64,000 nt of DNA from Fimicolochytrium jonesii (Eukaryota): positions 868,001-932,000 of the forward strand of contig NW_026515674.1 of NCBI RefSeq assembly GCF_025526975.1, read 5' to 3'. Below, piece after piece: positions 25,301 to 37,898 of the stretch. Each line of letters opens with the position of its first letter. Position 1 is the stretch's first letter. Below the pieces are notes generated by a model. The model was not told the DNA's origin. It made no database searches and was given only the letters and a program-made list of their open reading frames with translations. A program made the position numbers and the translations under genes.

Positions 25301-27863
25301 ATGGAGACTCCCGACGACCCCGCCCTCAACGGCCACGGCCACAGCCATGAGACCGTCCCACTCACGGAGGTAGTCTGGGTCAACCCGTCCGACTCGCACG
25401 GCACGCGGTGGGAAGGGTTCCTGATGTCTCAACACCGCGTAAAACCGTCGAATCGGCACATGGCAAAGTGTTCCTTCTGCCATAAGGTGTATAAAAACGG
25501 GAAACCGGATAAGCTGTGCAAGCACATGAAGGACTGTCCGGAGGTGCCGCATGAGTTTAAAAGGCAGTATTTGTCGAAGGTGCTGGAGGAGAGCGGGGTG
25601 GTGAAGACGGTGGGCGATATGACGGATGCGTCGTTGGAGAATACGCCAGTGTAGGTGGTTGCCCCCAACCAACAGCGAGACCCTGGTTAGAGAGGTCCCT
25701 CTTGCTCACTATTGAATTCCCTGGCAGTGTGCCCGTGCCACGGAAGCGCAAACTGGAGGACGGCGCCGACATGTCTGACCTGTTGAAGATCAACAAAAAG
25801 TCCGAGCAGCAGGCGCTGTATGTCCTGTTATCGAAGGCGCTCATCACCGCCAACGTCCCATTACGGCTGTTGAGCAATCCGTACTTCCAGGATTACCAGC
25901 GCAGGCTCGCGAGGATACCCTTCCACCCACCGGCGCAGGAGATCATCGGTCGAGGCTTGCTGCCCTTGCTGAATACAGAGTATGAACAGTCGGTGATGCA
26001 GAAACTGGGGCCAGAGCAGAACATGACGCTGTCTCTCGATGGGTTTGTGGATCTGTCAGGGAATAGTACATACGCGCTCATGCTTTCGCGAGCTGATGTC
26101 CTGAAAGAGCTGGTGGAGAGCTTGGAGCTGAGTCGAACGCGGCATACCACGGATGGGATACGGGAGGCGGTGGAGAAGGCATTACAAAAGCACAGCCTGG
26201 GGCTGCACCAAGTGATCGCCTTTGCATCAGACTCCTCAGACGTCCTGCTCGGCGTCCGGTCGCTCCTAGCGCAAACACACCCATATATCCTCGGCGTAAC
26301 GTGTTGTTTACATGTGTTCAACCGCATCGTGAAGGACATCCTGGAACACGAATGCGTGGCCCCGATAGTGCGGACGAATAAGAAGTTGGCAAAGTTCTTT
26401 CTGGGGTCGCCGTTTTGGTCGGAACGGTTGCATGACTGGAGGCATAAGAATGGGCTGACACCTGCCGCGGAGATCAATAGCGATGGGCGGTGGTGCTCCA
26501 TCAGTAAGGTACGGCGGAGCCTCTGCGGATTCAGCAGCGTGTGTGCATCCAGAGGTCGTTGATACTTCCCATCTCCTCGCATGGAAAAAAGGTCTGCTAC
26601 AAAATCCAAACCTACGAAGACGGCTTTAAACATTGCTGGCGGCTCCACGTAAGCCGACCAAGCGACACCCCCTCCTTCCCCGACAAAATCCCCGAAATCC
26701 TCGCCGATCGCCGCCACTTCGCCGACAACCACTGCATCATCGCCCTGCTCACCCCGATCCTCGAAGCCATCCGCCGCCTCGAGTCCCGCGACACCCATCT
26801 CGGCGACATATGGAAGGAACTGACGAAAGTGTATCGCGAACTCGGGTCGCTGACGCTGCCGGGCTTGTTTAACACGATCCGCGCGGAATGCATGAGTATT
26901 GTGTCGAGGAGGGCGAGAGTGTTTTGGGATGATGTGTATGTAATTGCGTTTTTCTTGTCGCCGCCGTATCGGAGGGCTGCGACGTCGAAGAAGATACCGC
27001 TGCAGGATGTGACGAGGATGGTGCTGGGGGTGTCAAGGAGGTGGAAGTATACCTTTGAGGAGGCTTGCAGGTTGACGCAGCAGGTGAGTGTCACAGGGAT
27101 CTTGGAGTAGGAAAGTGAACCCTTGGGTCTCATCTGACTCTCGCTCACGCAGATCGAACTATACCACAACAACGTCGCGCCCTACAACTTCGACCAAGGC
27201 CTCAACGTGCGCACCTACTGGACCGCGCTCCCCACCACCGCCGAAACCCTCGACCTCAAACGCCTCGCCATCACCCTTTTCCAAATCACCCCGCACGCAA
27301 CAGGTGTAGAGCACCTGTCCAACATCTGGTCCTCCAAAGCCCGCACAAAACACGATCCGGCGCTTAACGTCGCCGCCCTACGAACAGCAGGCCTCCTCAA
27401 CGCGCATTACAGGATCCATTGGTCTGAGACGCGGAGACCACCACTAGTTGGCACCTCCCAAGCGCTGGCGTCAATACCACAATCAATACCACAGCAACAA
27501 CCGCATCCCACATCCGGGCTTTTTCAACCACCACCACCACCACCACCACCACCATCATCATCCTCGTCCCAAGCCCCAGCATTACAATCACCCCCCGACG
27601 TCCTTCCCTCCTCCGGCCTCGACGACCCCTTCGGCGCGCTCTTCGACGCCGATGACGTGGAAGAGTTTGAGCGCGGGGTGTTTGCCGAATCCGACGTGCT
27701 CTTCCCGGCCGACCGCGCGGATACATCGCTGGAACAGCTGTTTGATCTGAGTATGGCGAACGTGAATCTGGAGGAGGTGCAGAGTAAAACGGTGGGAGTG
27801 GGGACGGGGATGGTGGGGGTAGGGAATGGGGTGGAGTGGAGTATTGATGATGCGCTGATGTGA
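25301..27863 (+). CDS. hAT-superfamily transposase-like protein with a BED zinc finger, 4 exons (25301-25650, 25728-26508, 26592-27083, 27153-27863; 777 aa), possibly domesticated
   Basis: BED-like WEGF…AKCSFC…LCKHMKDC; RNase H-fold TLSLDGF and FASDSS; CCLH (CxxH); GRW; dimerization region YW…LKRLAITLFQITPHATGVEHL. The three introns are phase-consistent and the spliced ORF has no stops. Confidence 0.85.
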
Positions 27864-28675
27864 TTTTTTTTTGGGGGGGGAATGGGGGGTGGGTGTGAGG
27901 TGGGAGAGGTGAGGATGGGTTGGTTTTGGAAGGGTGAGGGAACTGCTGCTCTGCTTCCAGGTGGAGTGTGGTGTCGTTGCATGGAAGGGGCCTTTCTATG
28001 AAGCCAATGGCTCTCGACACATCAGCGAGGGATCTCCCGTTCCTGGAACACTTGTATCATAGTTGGGGATTGGGTACTGAGCCGGAGAGTTACGGTGGCC
28101 GGGGGTAGGCGCGAGATGGGGATATGCAGATATGTTCCTCCCCGGCGCACGTAATCATTTAAGATCTTTTGTGTGTTGGCGGGCCCAGCAGCAACGTCGA
28201 AAATGGGTCTTGCAAACATGCATGTGTTGTAGGCAGACATGCGGCGGAAGGGACGCGAATCTTGCTTGACGCGTTCGCTTTGGCCCTCGACCAAGTGACC
28301 TCCAACTCCTGTGAGGTGTCCCAAAGTTATTTCTCAAGCACATGAATGCATAATGTCTATGCCGGTGGATGGATTAGATGAGGACAGGGGCAGTCTGTCT
28401 GTCCATGTGCGGTGTCGAGCGAGTGCGTGCGCAGCCCTAGCGGCCGCAATTCCAAAGGGACACAATCACGTTGGAGACGTTGACAGTTGAACTCAGATGC
28501 CGCTCAACTTTCCAAGGTCAAGTTGCACCCCCCCCCCCCCCCCCCCCCCCATACCATCTTCTCCAACTAGTGGGGCATCAACCCTCCTCCACACGTTCAG
28601 CAACCAAGACCCTCATAGCCTTCATAACAACCCGCGGGCATCTCCTACCCCTTGTCCGACAGCCAACCCGACAAG

Positions 28676-30372
28676 ATGGCTGGCGTCCAACCGCCAATAT
28701 TAGGCCAAGCAGCACCCACTTCCAAAGTGTTATGGAACCAGATACTCTTCCTCGCCACCGGTCTGCTCTCTACCCTGGGAATACAGAAACTGCATTATAT
28801 GGTGAGTGGGGTGGGGTCATGTCCCGGTGGGATCTGTTTGTTGAAGCACTGGAACTCATTGTCGCGCGCATACTCCGACCCTCCTCTCGCGCGTTATATA
28901 TAGGGTGCTGCAGGTATGTTCTTCAAAAGCGGTGTCGGGAGACGGTGGGAGAAGGGTTGCTAATTCATCGTGCCCAACGTATGCGTTTTGTAGACGGAAA
29001 ATCGATGTTGACAGTCCTCACCACGTACATTGGTATGATAGCCATTATTCTCATCCCGGCACCCAAGTCTGAGAAGCGGAGGCTTTCAGGTGGGGTTTCG
29101 AATGTACCGTGGGCTTTTCGTGCGCGGAGTTTGATACGATCCTGCATGATGATTTTTGTTTGCGGGTACGGTATTGCCATCTTGCTAAAACACTCATAAA
29201 TAGTACAGTGTCTTCAGTCGAGCACCCTAAAGTGCTTTTGGTCGCTGTTATGGATGTGCTGGGGAACCTGGTGCTGACCATTGGACAGTTCTCTGTTGGA
29301 AGCGGGGTAAGAGACGAGAGCGCAGAGACTCGTCGGACTTGGGGATTTGAAAGGGGCGAATCGACCATGCACTTGGAATCACGCACCCTAACCGCTGTCT
29401 CTTGTCGGGCGGATACACAGCTTTACCAAGTCATCTACGCATCCATGGTAGTCTTCACAGCCCTCTTCAGCTGGCTCTTCCTTCGCCGGTCATTGAACCT
29501 GGGACAAGTAGTCGGCGTGCTAGTGATCACATTCGGGCTCTCAATCAACGCGCTGGATAAGCCGCGGGAGGAGGAGGGGGAACATGATCCGTCAGGTGAG
29601 TATACATGCGGGGCGGTTGTTGAATGTTTTCGACGCGTTGGGGGGGGGGGGGGGGGGGGGGAGGAGCCGAATTGCTGACCCCACACGATGCATTCCATCC
29701 CACAGAAACGCAGCCACTCCTAGGCTTCCTGATAACCCTTACCGGAACCTGCATCTACTCCGGCGTCTACACCCTAAACGACTACATGATCACCTCCTCC
29801 CCACACCCCTCCTCCCCGCGCCAACAATGTTTCTGGCTCGGCACCTACAGCACCCTCATCTGCTTCACCGTGATGGGGTTCATGTCCCTCCCGACGCTGC
29901 GCGCGATGCCGCTGAACGATTCAGGCGTGATAAGCCTGTACGCGGCGCTGTGCGTGAGCTCGCTGGCGCATAACGTGACGTATTTCCAGCTGTTGGAGAG
30001 CACGGGGGCGGTTGCTACTGGTACGTTAGCCGTGGGTTTGTGTTTACGTGGTTGAGATGTGCATCCAGGCTCAGGCTCTATGGCGTCTACGTAGGCGTGA
30101 TCCAAGCCCTCCGCGCCGTCCTCGTCTTCACCCTCAGCGACTACTTCTTCTGCGCCCAGGACGCGCACCAATGCTTCACGACCGTCAAAGGCTGCGCGAC
30201 TTTCGTCGTCGTGCTCGGCGTGCTCGCGTTCGCTTCATCGAAACGAAAGCATGTGGATGCCGTGTCTCCGGCGACCGCGGTCGGCGGAGGGGGCGGAGGG
30301 AGCTATGAGAAATTGGAGCCGGGGAAGGGCTTTTTGGCGAGGAGTGAGATGGTCAAGGTTTTGAAGGCGTAG
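28676..30372 (+). CDS. Drug/metabolite (DMT, SLC35-like) multi-pass transporter; multi-exon, including a 10-nt micro-exon at 28904-28913
   Basis: About 10 hydrophobic helices; LYQVIYASMVVFTALFSWLFLRRSLN and STGAVATGVIQALRAVLVFTLSDYFFC. Several GT-AG introns. Confidence 0.8.
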
Positions 30373-30726
30373 GGCCATTCCGGCGCCGCGTCTCAGTTCG
30401 GCATGTATTGCCACTACCGTGGCTCGACAGGGATGGTGGTACCCAGTAATTTTGATGGAACTCGGCGGGGGTAGAATTTGACCTTTGATATTTAAGCGGG
30501 GTTTTGGGACGGATGATGGAGGGGGGGGGGACCTTGTGCTTTCTGACTTGTGCACAATATATACCTAATGGATTCGCACATTGACCAGCCTTGTCTACAC
30601 GATCATGCGATCGCGTAACGAAAAAGTCCCGATGCATTACGCCGTGTTTCTATCGATATAACACGGGGGAACCGTCGGTACACTATCCAAACCGCGAGTC
30701 CCCCAACAATCCCGTCCCGCCTCTAC

Positions 30727-33700
30727 CTACACGTCTAACCCCCCTTCAACCATTTCCCTCACCCTCGCCCCCACCTCCCCTTCCAGATCCACCCCCCGCA
30801 AACACTTCCCAGCCTTCCCCCTCTCCCCGCTCCTCACATACACCACCGCCTGCACACATCGTGCAGCCACATGCCCGGGCTGCCCCTTCAACGCCTCGTT
30901 GACGGCTTCGGCCGCGTCCGCAGAGTTGGCGGTGAGGAGATGCAAGGTCGCGAGGCGGGTGAGGATGTTGGTGCGTTGCAGGGGCGTGAGTTTGGAGTCC
31001 GAGAGAGCGGTGTGGAAGACGCGGGTGGCGGCGGGGTAGAGTGCGAGGCGGGTGTAGAGGGATGCGAGTTCCTAAAACAAACCGAAAAAAGACGTTCAGC
31101 CCCCCATTGCCCGCCCGGAAGACCCACCCAAACGAATACATGTGAATGTGTGTGATATTCCTTTACCTCGTACCCGCGCCCCAACCCAACAGCGCGCTTC
31201 CACGCCGTCGCCGCCGCGCCCACGTCGCCTGCCTTCCACAACGCCCTGCCCAAGATTTTATACGCCACGGCCTGCAGGTTCGCGTCGTTGAGCTGCAAGA
31301 CTTCTGAGATCAGCGCGTCGGTGAGTTGCAGGGTGGGGAGATCCATTGGTGTGCTGGGGAGGGTGGTAACGTCGGCGATGAGGAGGCGCGCCCAGCCGGC
31401 GATGAGGAGGGTGCGGCGGGCTGCGTGAGCGCTGCTTGTGGTGTCCGTGCGGGCGGAGAGGGTGATGGCAGCGTGGGCAGTCTTCTCAATAGCGTTGCTG
31501 AGTGGACCCATCCGGCTCTGATCCACCCCACGCGCAACCTCCCCCCTCAACCCCATCCCCAACGCCACCCACGTCCTCGCCACTCCCGGCCGCGCCCTCA
31601 CCGCCTTCATCAACGTCCGTCCCGCCTCCCGTTTCCCAAGCGCCAAATCCACCACACCCACAGTCTCCACCCCCAACACGTCCCCGTCCCCGTCCCCACC
31701 ACCAACAACCGTCGCAGCCGCCGCAACCCTCCCACAAGCTGCAGTCGGGTTACTCCTCCCCACATGGTCCGCCAACACCCTCCACCGCCCCGCAACCCAC
31801 GGCCGTCTCCGCACGCTCTTACTCAGAAACCCCCTGGCAGCCTTCCTATTCCCCAGACACGCAAACAACGCGCTCAAAACCACATCCACGTCCGTATCCG
31901 CCGCCCCAAGTTTCTCAGGCTCGCTGATGTTGATCAGCTCCACGGCCGCGCTTTGGGCGAGCTGCACGTCCCCCTGTACGAGGGATAGCGCGCAGAGGGT
32001 GGACAGGGCGCGGACGTGGCCCGGTGAGCGGGCGAGGCAGGCGAGGAGCTGTTGTGTGGCCAGTGAGCGGTGTTGGTCGGTCCCCAGGGCGTAGAGCACC
32101 CTGCTGAGGATGAAGGTGACGTAGTTGTGCAGGTCCGGGTTGGTATCATCGGAGGCGAGGTCGAGGGCTTTTTCGAATTGGGCGAGGCCTTCGGGGAGGG
32201 CGTCGCTGAATGTCAGTGCGAGGGCGTGCGTGACGGCGGTGTAGGCGTCGCCGCCTGCGTGGGTTGATTGGGTCAGGGTGGCGAATTCGGTGAGGGAGGT
32301 GTCGAAATCGCGGGATGCGCATCGCACGCGGGCGATGTTCTCCGTGATCTGGGCCCAAAACCTCTTTCGCTCCTCCTCGCCAAGTCCCGTCGTTGCAGCC
32401 AGTGCCTTCCGCGCACCCTCATAAGCCCCAACCGCCCGTTCATACCATCCCTCTCGTTCCAACACAACCCCCAAAAGATTCAACGCAACCCAATCCCGCG
32501 GCCGTTGCCGCACAAACCTCTCCAAACACCTCACCGTCTCTCCACCACCACCACCACCTTTGCCTATCCTCTGCACAGCCGCCGCCGCATACACGAACCC
32601 AACCTCCACCCCGCCACTCCCCACAAGGCCATACCCCTGCTCCAAACTCTCCCACGCCGCCTCCCTCCTCCCACCCCGTTCCGCAACAACCCCCTGCCCG
32701 AGCCACGCCCGCGCACATTCCGGGTCAACAAACAACGCCTTACTGAACGCCTCCTGCGCTAAACCGGTGTTGTTGTGCAGGAGGTAGAAGATGCCGAGGT
32801 TGGACCACAGAGAGGCGGAGGAGGTCGGGGTGAGCGTGAGGGCTTTGATGAGGCTGTGTTGGGCGAGTTTGGGGTGCGTGTGGGATGTGTAGATGCTTAG
32901 AGTGGACCAGTAGATATCATGTAAAGGGTGGTGTTTGAGGGCCATTTTGGCGGCGGCGATCGCGTGGTTGAGAAGTGGGATTTTCGAGGCTGGGGTGGAG
33001 GTGAGGTGGGAGCGGTGGAAGTAGGTGAGCCCGAGGTCGTGCCAGTGGCCCGCGATAACCGTTGCAAGGTTTTCATCTTGGTCTGGTTTGTGCTGTTGAC
33101 GGGCACAGAGATGCAATGCCAATTCAAACGCCGCTGTCCCGCATTCCAGTATCGTGTTTAGACCCTCCGAGCCCGGTGGAACTTGTACATTTTCCACTCT
33201 ACTCCCAGTTTTCCCCCCCACAACACCCCTAACCACCCCCACCGCCCTCCCTACCACAGCCCGCACCTCCCCCCTCTCCGCATAAGCCGGCACCATCTCC
33301 ACAAACGCAAGACACACATCCCCCAACATCTTCGCAAACGCATGCATCCTCGTCCGTTCCAGCGCCCCGGAAATCATCCCAAATGCTTCCCCAAGCAGCT
33401 CCGCACACCGTCCATCCCCGCCTTCCTCAAACGCCCGTCTCGCTTCGGCCACCAGCGTCTCGGCCAGCCCGTTCACGGTCGGTACATGCAATTTCGATCC
33501 ACCCCTCTCGTCCGTGTTCGTCTCCGCCAGCGAAAGGGCAGCGCGGTACGCATCCACCGCGTCCGTGTACATGCCCAACCGCTGGTATATCCCCGCAACC
33601 TGGTAATGCAAACTCGCCGACTGCTGTTCCGGTTCGAGCTCGATAGCGCGCTTGAGCGCCTTCAACCCCGCGACGAACTTCCCATCGGTCGCGTACGCTT

Positions 33701-36133
33701 CCCCGAGACCTTCCCAGCACCGCACGTCCTTGGCGTCTACGCGGAGCGCGGACTGGAAATGCGTGATTGCCGTAACATGGTCGCCGCGTGATAGGGATAG
33801 GAAGCCTGATTGTTTGTGGGCCCATGCACAACGCGGGTGGCGGTGGAGGTAGGCATTGAGGATCGCTTGGGCGGAGATGACGTCGTTGTCGAGGATGTAG
33901 ATCCGGGACAAGGCGCGGACGGCGGTTGGTTCGCCCGGGTCGATCTGCAGGGCGCGGGAGTAGCAGCGGAGGGCCCGCCGTTTGTCGTGGGCGATTTGGT
34001 GGTAGTAGTGGCCGAGGTGGGAGAATGTGGGCGCGTGGGTGGGGTCGAGTTTTGCGGAGTGGAGCCAGGGGGTGAAACAGCGGGTTTCATCGGCGCGGTA
34101 GGTGTCTCCAAAAAAAAAAGCGGGGTTATTCTCAGCATGGCTGCCAAAATGAAGTGAATGTGACAATCGATCCGTTGTACATACCACCCATAGCCCAATA
34201 AACACATCCCAATCGAAACAGCGTAAGCGCATCTTCCTTCCCTTGCAGCGCCTGCTCCAAAAGCTCCGCAGCCTTGCTCGTGTCCCCCTTCAAATACGTA
34301 ACCCACCCCAACCCCGCCGTCGCAGCATGCACATCCGGCGCCACCTGCAATACCTTCTCGTAACACCTCGTACTCTCCTCGTACTTGTTCATGGCCGCCA
34401 GAACGGCTCCTAGCCCGAGTAATGCCGGCACGCTGTCCGATTGCTGCTGCAAGGCGACTTTGTAGAGCGCCAGTGCTTGGGGAAGGTATTTCGCGCCGAG
34501 GTGCTCGTAGGCGGTAGCCAGGCTGAGACGGAGGGATTGTTGCAGGGTGGGCCGGTCGTAGCCGGTGCGGTCCACAAAGGCTTTATCGATGGCAGTGGCT
34601 TCGATCAGGTGGTCGTGGGCTGAGCCGTGCTGGTGGAGTTCGAGATGTAGCTCGCCTAGAAGGCGTTGGGTGAAGAAGGGGGCGGTACGGTTTGGGAGGC
34701 TCTGAATCTCCTCGAGAGCTCCTGACGGGTCGTGGTCCTTCCTCCAACGTAGATACGCGGTGGCGATAGGTGCGAGATCAGATGAGGGAAGGGTGGCTAC
34801 CATATCCATGATCTCGATGGGATACTCGTTGATGGCGACATCCTGGCTATCGAGGATGATCTCGCCCACCAGTGCAGATGTTGCTTTGCGCGTCGCCAAC
34901 TCTTTCGCTAGACTGACAGCGCTCATGTACATCTTGAGTTTGTCCTCGTCAGCCACGTGGGGTATTTTGCGGTTCAGGTACTCGACGTAGCGCGAGCCTA
35001 TGTCTGTGTAGACCTGCGAACTTCCCGCATCTGCGCGTTCTTTTGTGATCTCCAGGATGCTCGCGTACGTCTCATCGAGCTCTGACGCCATCAGCACCTC
35101 CTTTTCCACTTTGCTCCGCACCACGTCAACCGGGTCCGCATCCAGTCGTCGCCGCCGCAGTTCCACTTCTTTTGTGTACGTCTCATCAAAATGCTGCTGC
35201 TGGAGGTCTGCAATCCGCGTCCACACCGCGAGATTGTCCTGGGTATTGTCATGGAAAGCGCCACAAGGTGTCAAATCCTTGAGGACAGAGGCGGCTTGCG
35301 CTTTGTTGTTTGTTCGGATGTGCAGGTCAACCAACTTGTTGGTGATGTCCAGAGCCTTCTTTTCGTCTTTGCTGCAAAATGCTTGTCAGTCTCGATGATT
35401 CCAACATGAGAGATGAATGGAGGTGAAAGGCGCACTTTTCTCTGAACAAGGCTCTCAGCTGATTCCATGCTCCTACAAGTTTCTCATCGTCCTTTGTTTC
35501 CGTGTATAGATTCGCTAAGCCCTGTTGACGTCGCGAGCGTGAGTTTGACCATCACATATCAGCCATTAGACCCATCCAACCTTTCAGCCATCAACCATTA
35601 ACCATCAACCATCAACCATCGAACGCGGACCATCAACGACCCTTCAACATAACAATACCCTGCTCGCTCCGCTCCCGACAAGGATGTTGGGTGAGAGACT
35701 GAACGGCGAGAGATTGAACGAAGCAAGAATAAGCTCGGCTCACTGACGCTCGCCATCCTCGAGCATTCTTGCGCCTCCGTCGCAATGGGACTCGTTGCCG
35801 CTCGCGTTCTCCTCGCTTCGCTCGGACCCTCAAGCATTCTTGCGCCTCCCTTCGCTCGGACTCCAGCGGAATTGGGCTCGCTGTCGCTCCACTCGCGGTA
35901 CGCACCTGAAGAGCCAGAGGATTCTCCGGCGCGAGTTTGATAGCCTTCGTATATGCCTTTTCAGCATCCTGCGTGTTCCCAAGATGCTGCTCCGCTAATG
36001 CCAAGAACACGAGAGCGTGGTAGTTCTCGGGTTCGCTGTCCAGGATATCAACGCAGTAGTCCTTTGCATCTGCGTAGTTCTCCTTAGTTATTGCCTCCCT
36101 TGCACTCTTCAGCAGGCGCTTGACTACACTCAT
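30727..36133 (-). CDS. SKI3: Superkiller protein 3 (SKI complex TPR subunit, TTC37-like); multi-exon
   Basis: N-terminus MSVVKRLLKSAREAITKENYADAKDYCVDILDSEPENYHALVFLALA. SAKLDPTHAPTFSHLGHYY, FQSALRVDAKDVRCWEGLGEAY and LAQHSLIKAL are recalled Ski3 blocks. Numerous TPR-like repeats. Confidence 0.88.
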
Positions 36134-36638
36134 TCGGGAATTTATGGGGCAGTGCCACTTGGGGAGAATGGGATGATGTACAAAGTTCCTTCCTCCGACG
36201 CCTCTATACAACAGAGTGTCCGTATATTGCCAGCACGGCGTCTTTTTGAAAGCAGCGTGTGCGGTCGTGTTGGCGTGGGGAAAGCACGCAGCAGTTGATT
36301 GAAGGTGCCGTCAGTTGCGAGCGAGTGAGTCATAACATGTGGGATTTCGACAGGGAGACGACGGAAGGGACACAACACATGCGAACGACGAGAGGCCCGC
36401 CGGCTTTCCGAGCTACCCACTCTGTATCTGTGCTTTGTCAACCAACACCCGCTTCCGAGCAAAACACTGCTTGCTATAAGTTCTTGCAACTTCCGAGGCC
36501 CTCAGAGTCATCGCAACCGCCCTCCCGCCCTCCTCCCTCACTCGCCCCCCTCACTCCTCTTTAGACCTTGTCGCAGAACTCGCACCCTCCGAGTTCTCTC
36601 ACTCTATAGCAGTTTAGCAGTATCCACCCGACCCCGCA

Positions 36639-37382
36639 ATGGCAAACCCAACTCCAAACGGCGAACAGGCTTCCGAGTTCGACTCCATCGAAGACTCCAT
36701 TGAGGCTTTCCGTAAGTGGCCGCTCATAGCCGAAGATTCTCGCTCTTGTTGCCACCGAACATTGTCCATAACTTAACGTTTCGAAACACCCACAGGCAAT
36801 GGAGAGTTCCTGGTAGTCGTAGACAACGAGGACCGCGAAAACGAAGGAGACCTCATCATAGCCGGCGAAGACTTCACCCCCGAAAAGGCCGCATTCATGA
36901 TCCGCTACACCAGCGGGCTGATATGCGTAACAGTAGCTCCAGAACGTCTCGACGAACTCCAACTCCCCTTGATGGTCCCCAACAACACCGAAAGCATGCG
37001 CACAGCATACACCATCAGCGTCGACTACAAGCACGGAACCACAACGGGCATCTCGGCAAAGGATCGGAGCACCACCACAAAAGCTTTGGCCAACCCGGCA
37101 TGCAAGGCGGAGGATTTCAACCGGCCCGGTCACATCTTCCCGTTGAAACCGGTGCGCGGAGGGACGTTGAACAGGGTGGGCCACACGGAGGCGGCGCTGG
37201 ACTTTGCAAAGCTGGCTGGGAAACAGCCCGTGTCGGCTATCTGCGAGGTCGTGCTGGATGACGGGCGGATGGCGCGTAGGGACGATTTGAAGGCGTTTGC
37301 GAAGCAGTGGGGGCTCAAGATGTGTACGATCAGCGACTTGGTGAAGTATCGCCAGAGGAATGGTCTTACTGAGCAGTGGTGA
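36639..37382 (+). CDS. RIB3: 3,4-dihydroxy-2-butanone 4-phosphate synthase (riboflavin biosynthesis); intron about 36712-36795
   Basis: VVVDNEDRENEGDLI, AYTISVD, TTTGISAKDR, RPGHIFPL and RVGHTEAALD motifs. Confidence 0.95.
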
Positions 37383-37898
37383 TGGGATCATAGCATAGAG
37401 CTGTCGTAGCGGCTGGTGTTATCCTTAGACCAGACCATGAACCGTTCGCTCGCCACGTCTGATATAATATAGAGGAGTCAGTCTCCGTCTGCACATCCTT
37501 GTTCCCCGCATCTTCACATCCCGTCATACGATAATCTCTATCATAGCTACTCGCACATCCTACCCCTCGCATTGCATAAGTGATCGAGACGCACGTGAAA
37601 TCGAATAAAATCTCGACAGGCGCGACGGCGAGCAGCGGCAATCATCAACCACGTCGAACCTCCAACTTCCAGAAAGTCCACCGTGGCATCCCATCTTCGA
37701 CTGCCTGCTTCGCACATCCTTGCCCTGTGACAAGCCAACCCCCAGCCCTCATACAGCTCCTCAATGCGATTGTCGCTGACTTCCGGAGTATAGGGACTTC
37801 ATCGCGACACCATAGAAAATTGGACTCCAGCACCGCTTCGTGGGAAACTTCAGTGATCAGCCTGCAGAAACCCATACTGTCGAGTCAAATAGTGCAAC

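Noticed and set aside
25011..28439. TAGAGGCT upstream and CAGCCCTA downstream as candidate hAT terminal inverted repeats
   Set aside because: The match is short and imperfect and no flanking 8-bp target-site duplication was seen.
28527..28550. Long C/G homopolymers (also about 2191-2209, 8552-8568, 14792-14806 and 29640-29661) giving poly-Pro/Gly in the ORF track
   Set aside because: They lie in introns or intergenic DNA and their lengths are error-prone. They are treated as simple repeats, probably part of the general skew pattern, not as coding features.
36561..37391. 276-aa minus-strand ORF, and similar long antisense ORFs such as 25893-26798, 7646-8347 and 59422-60012
   Set aside because: Shadow ORFs opposite well-supported genes, expected in GC-rich coding DNA; no recognisable motifs.
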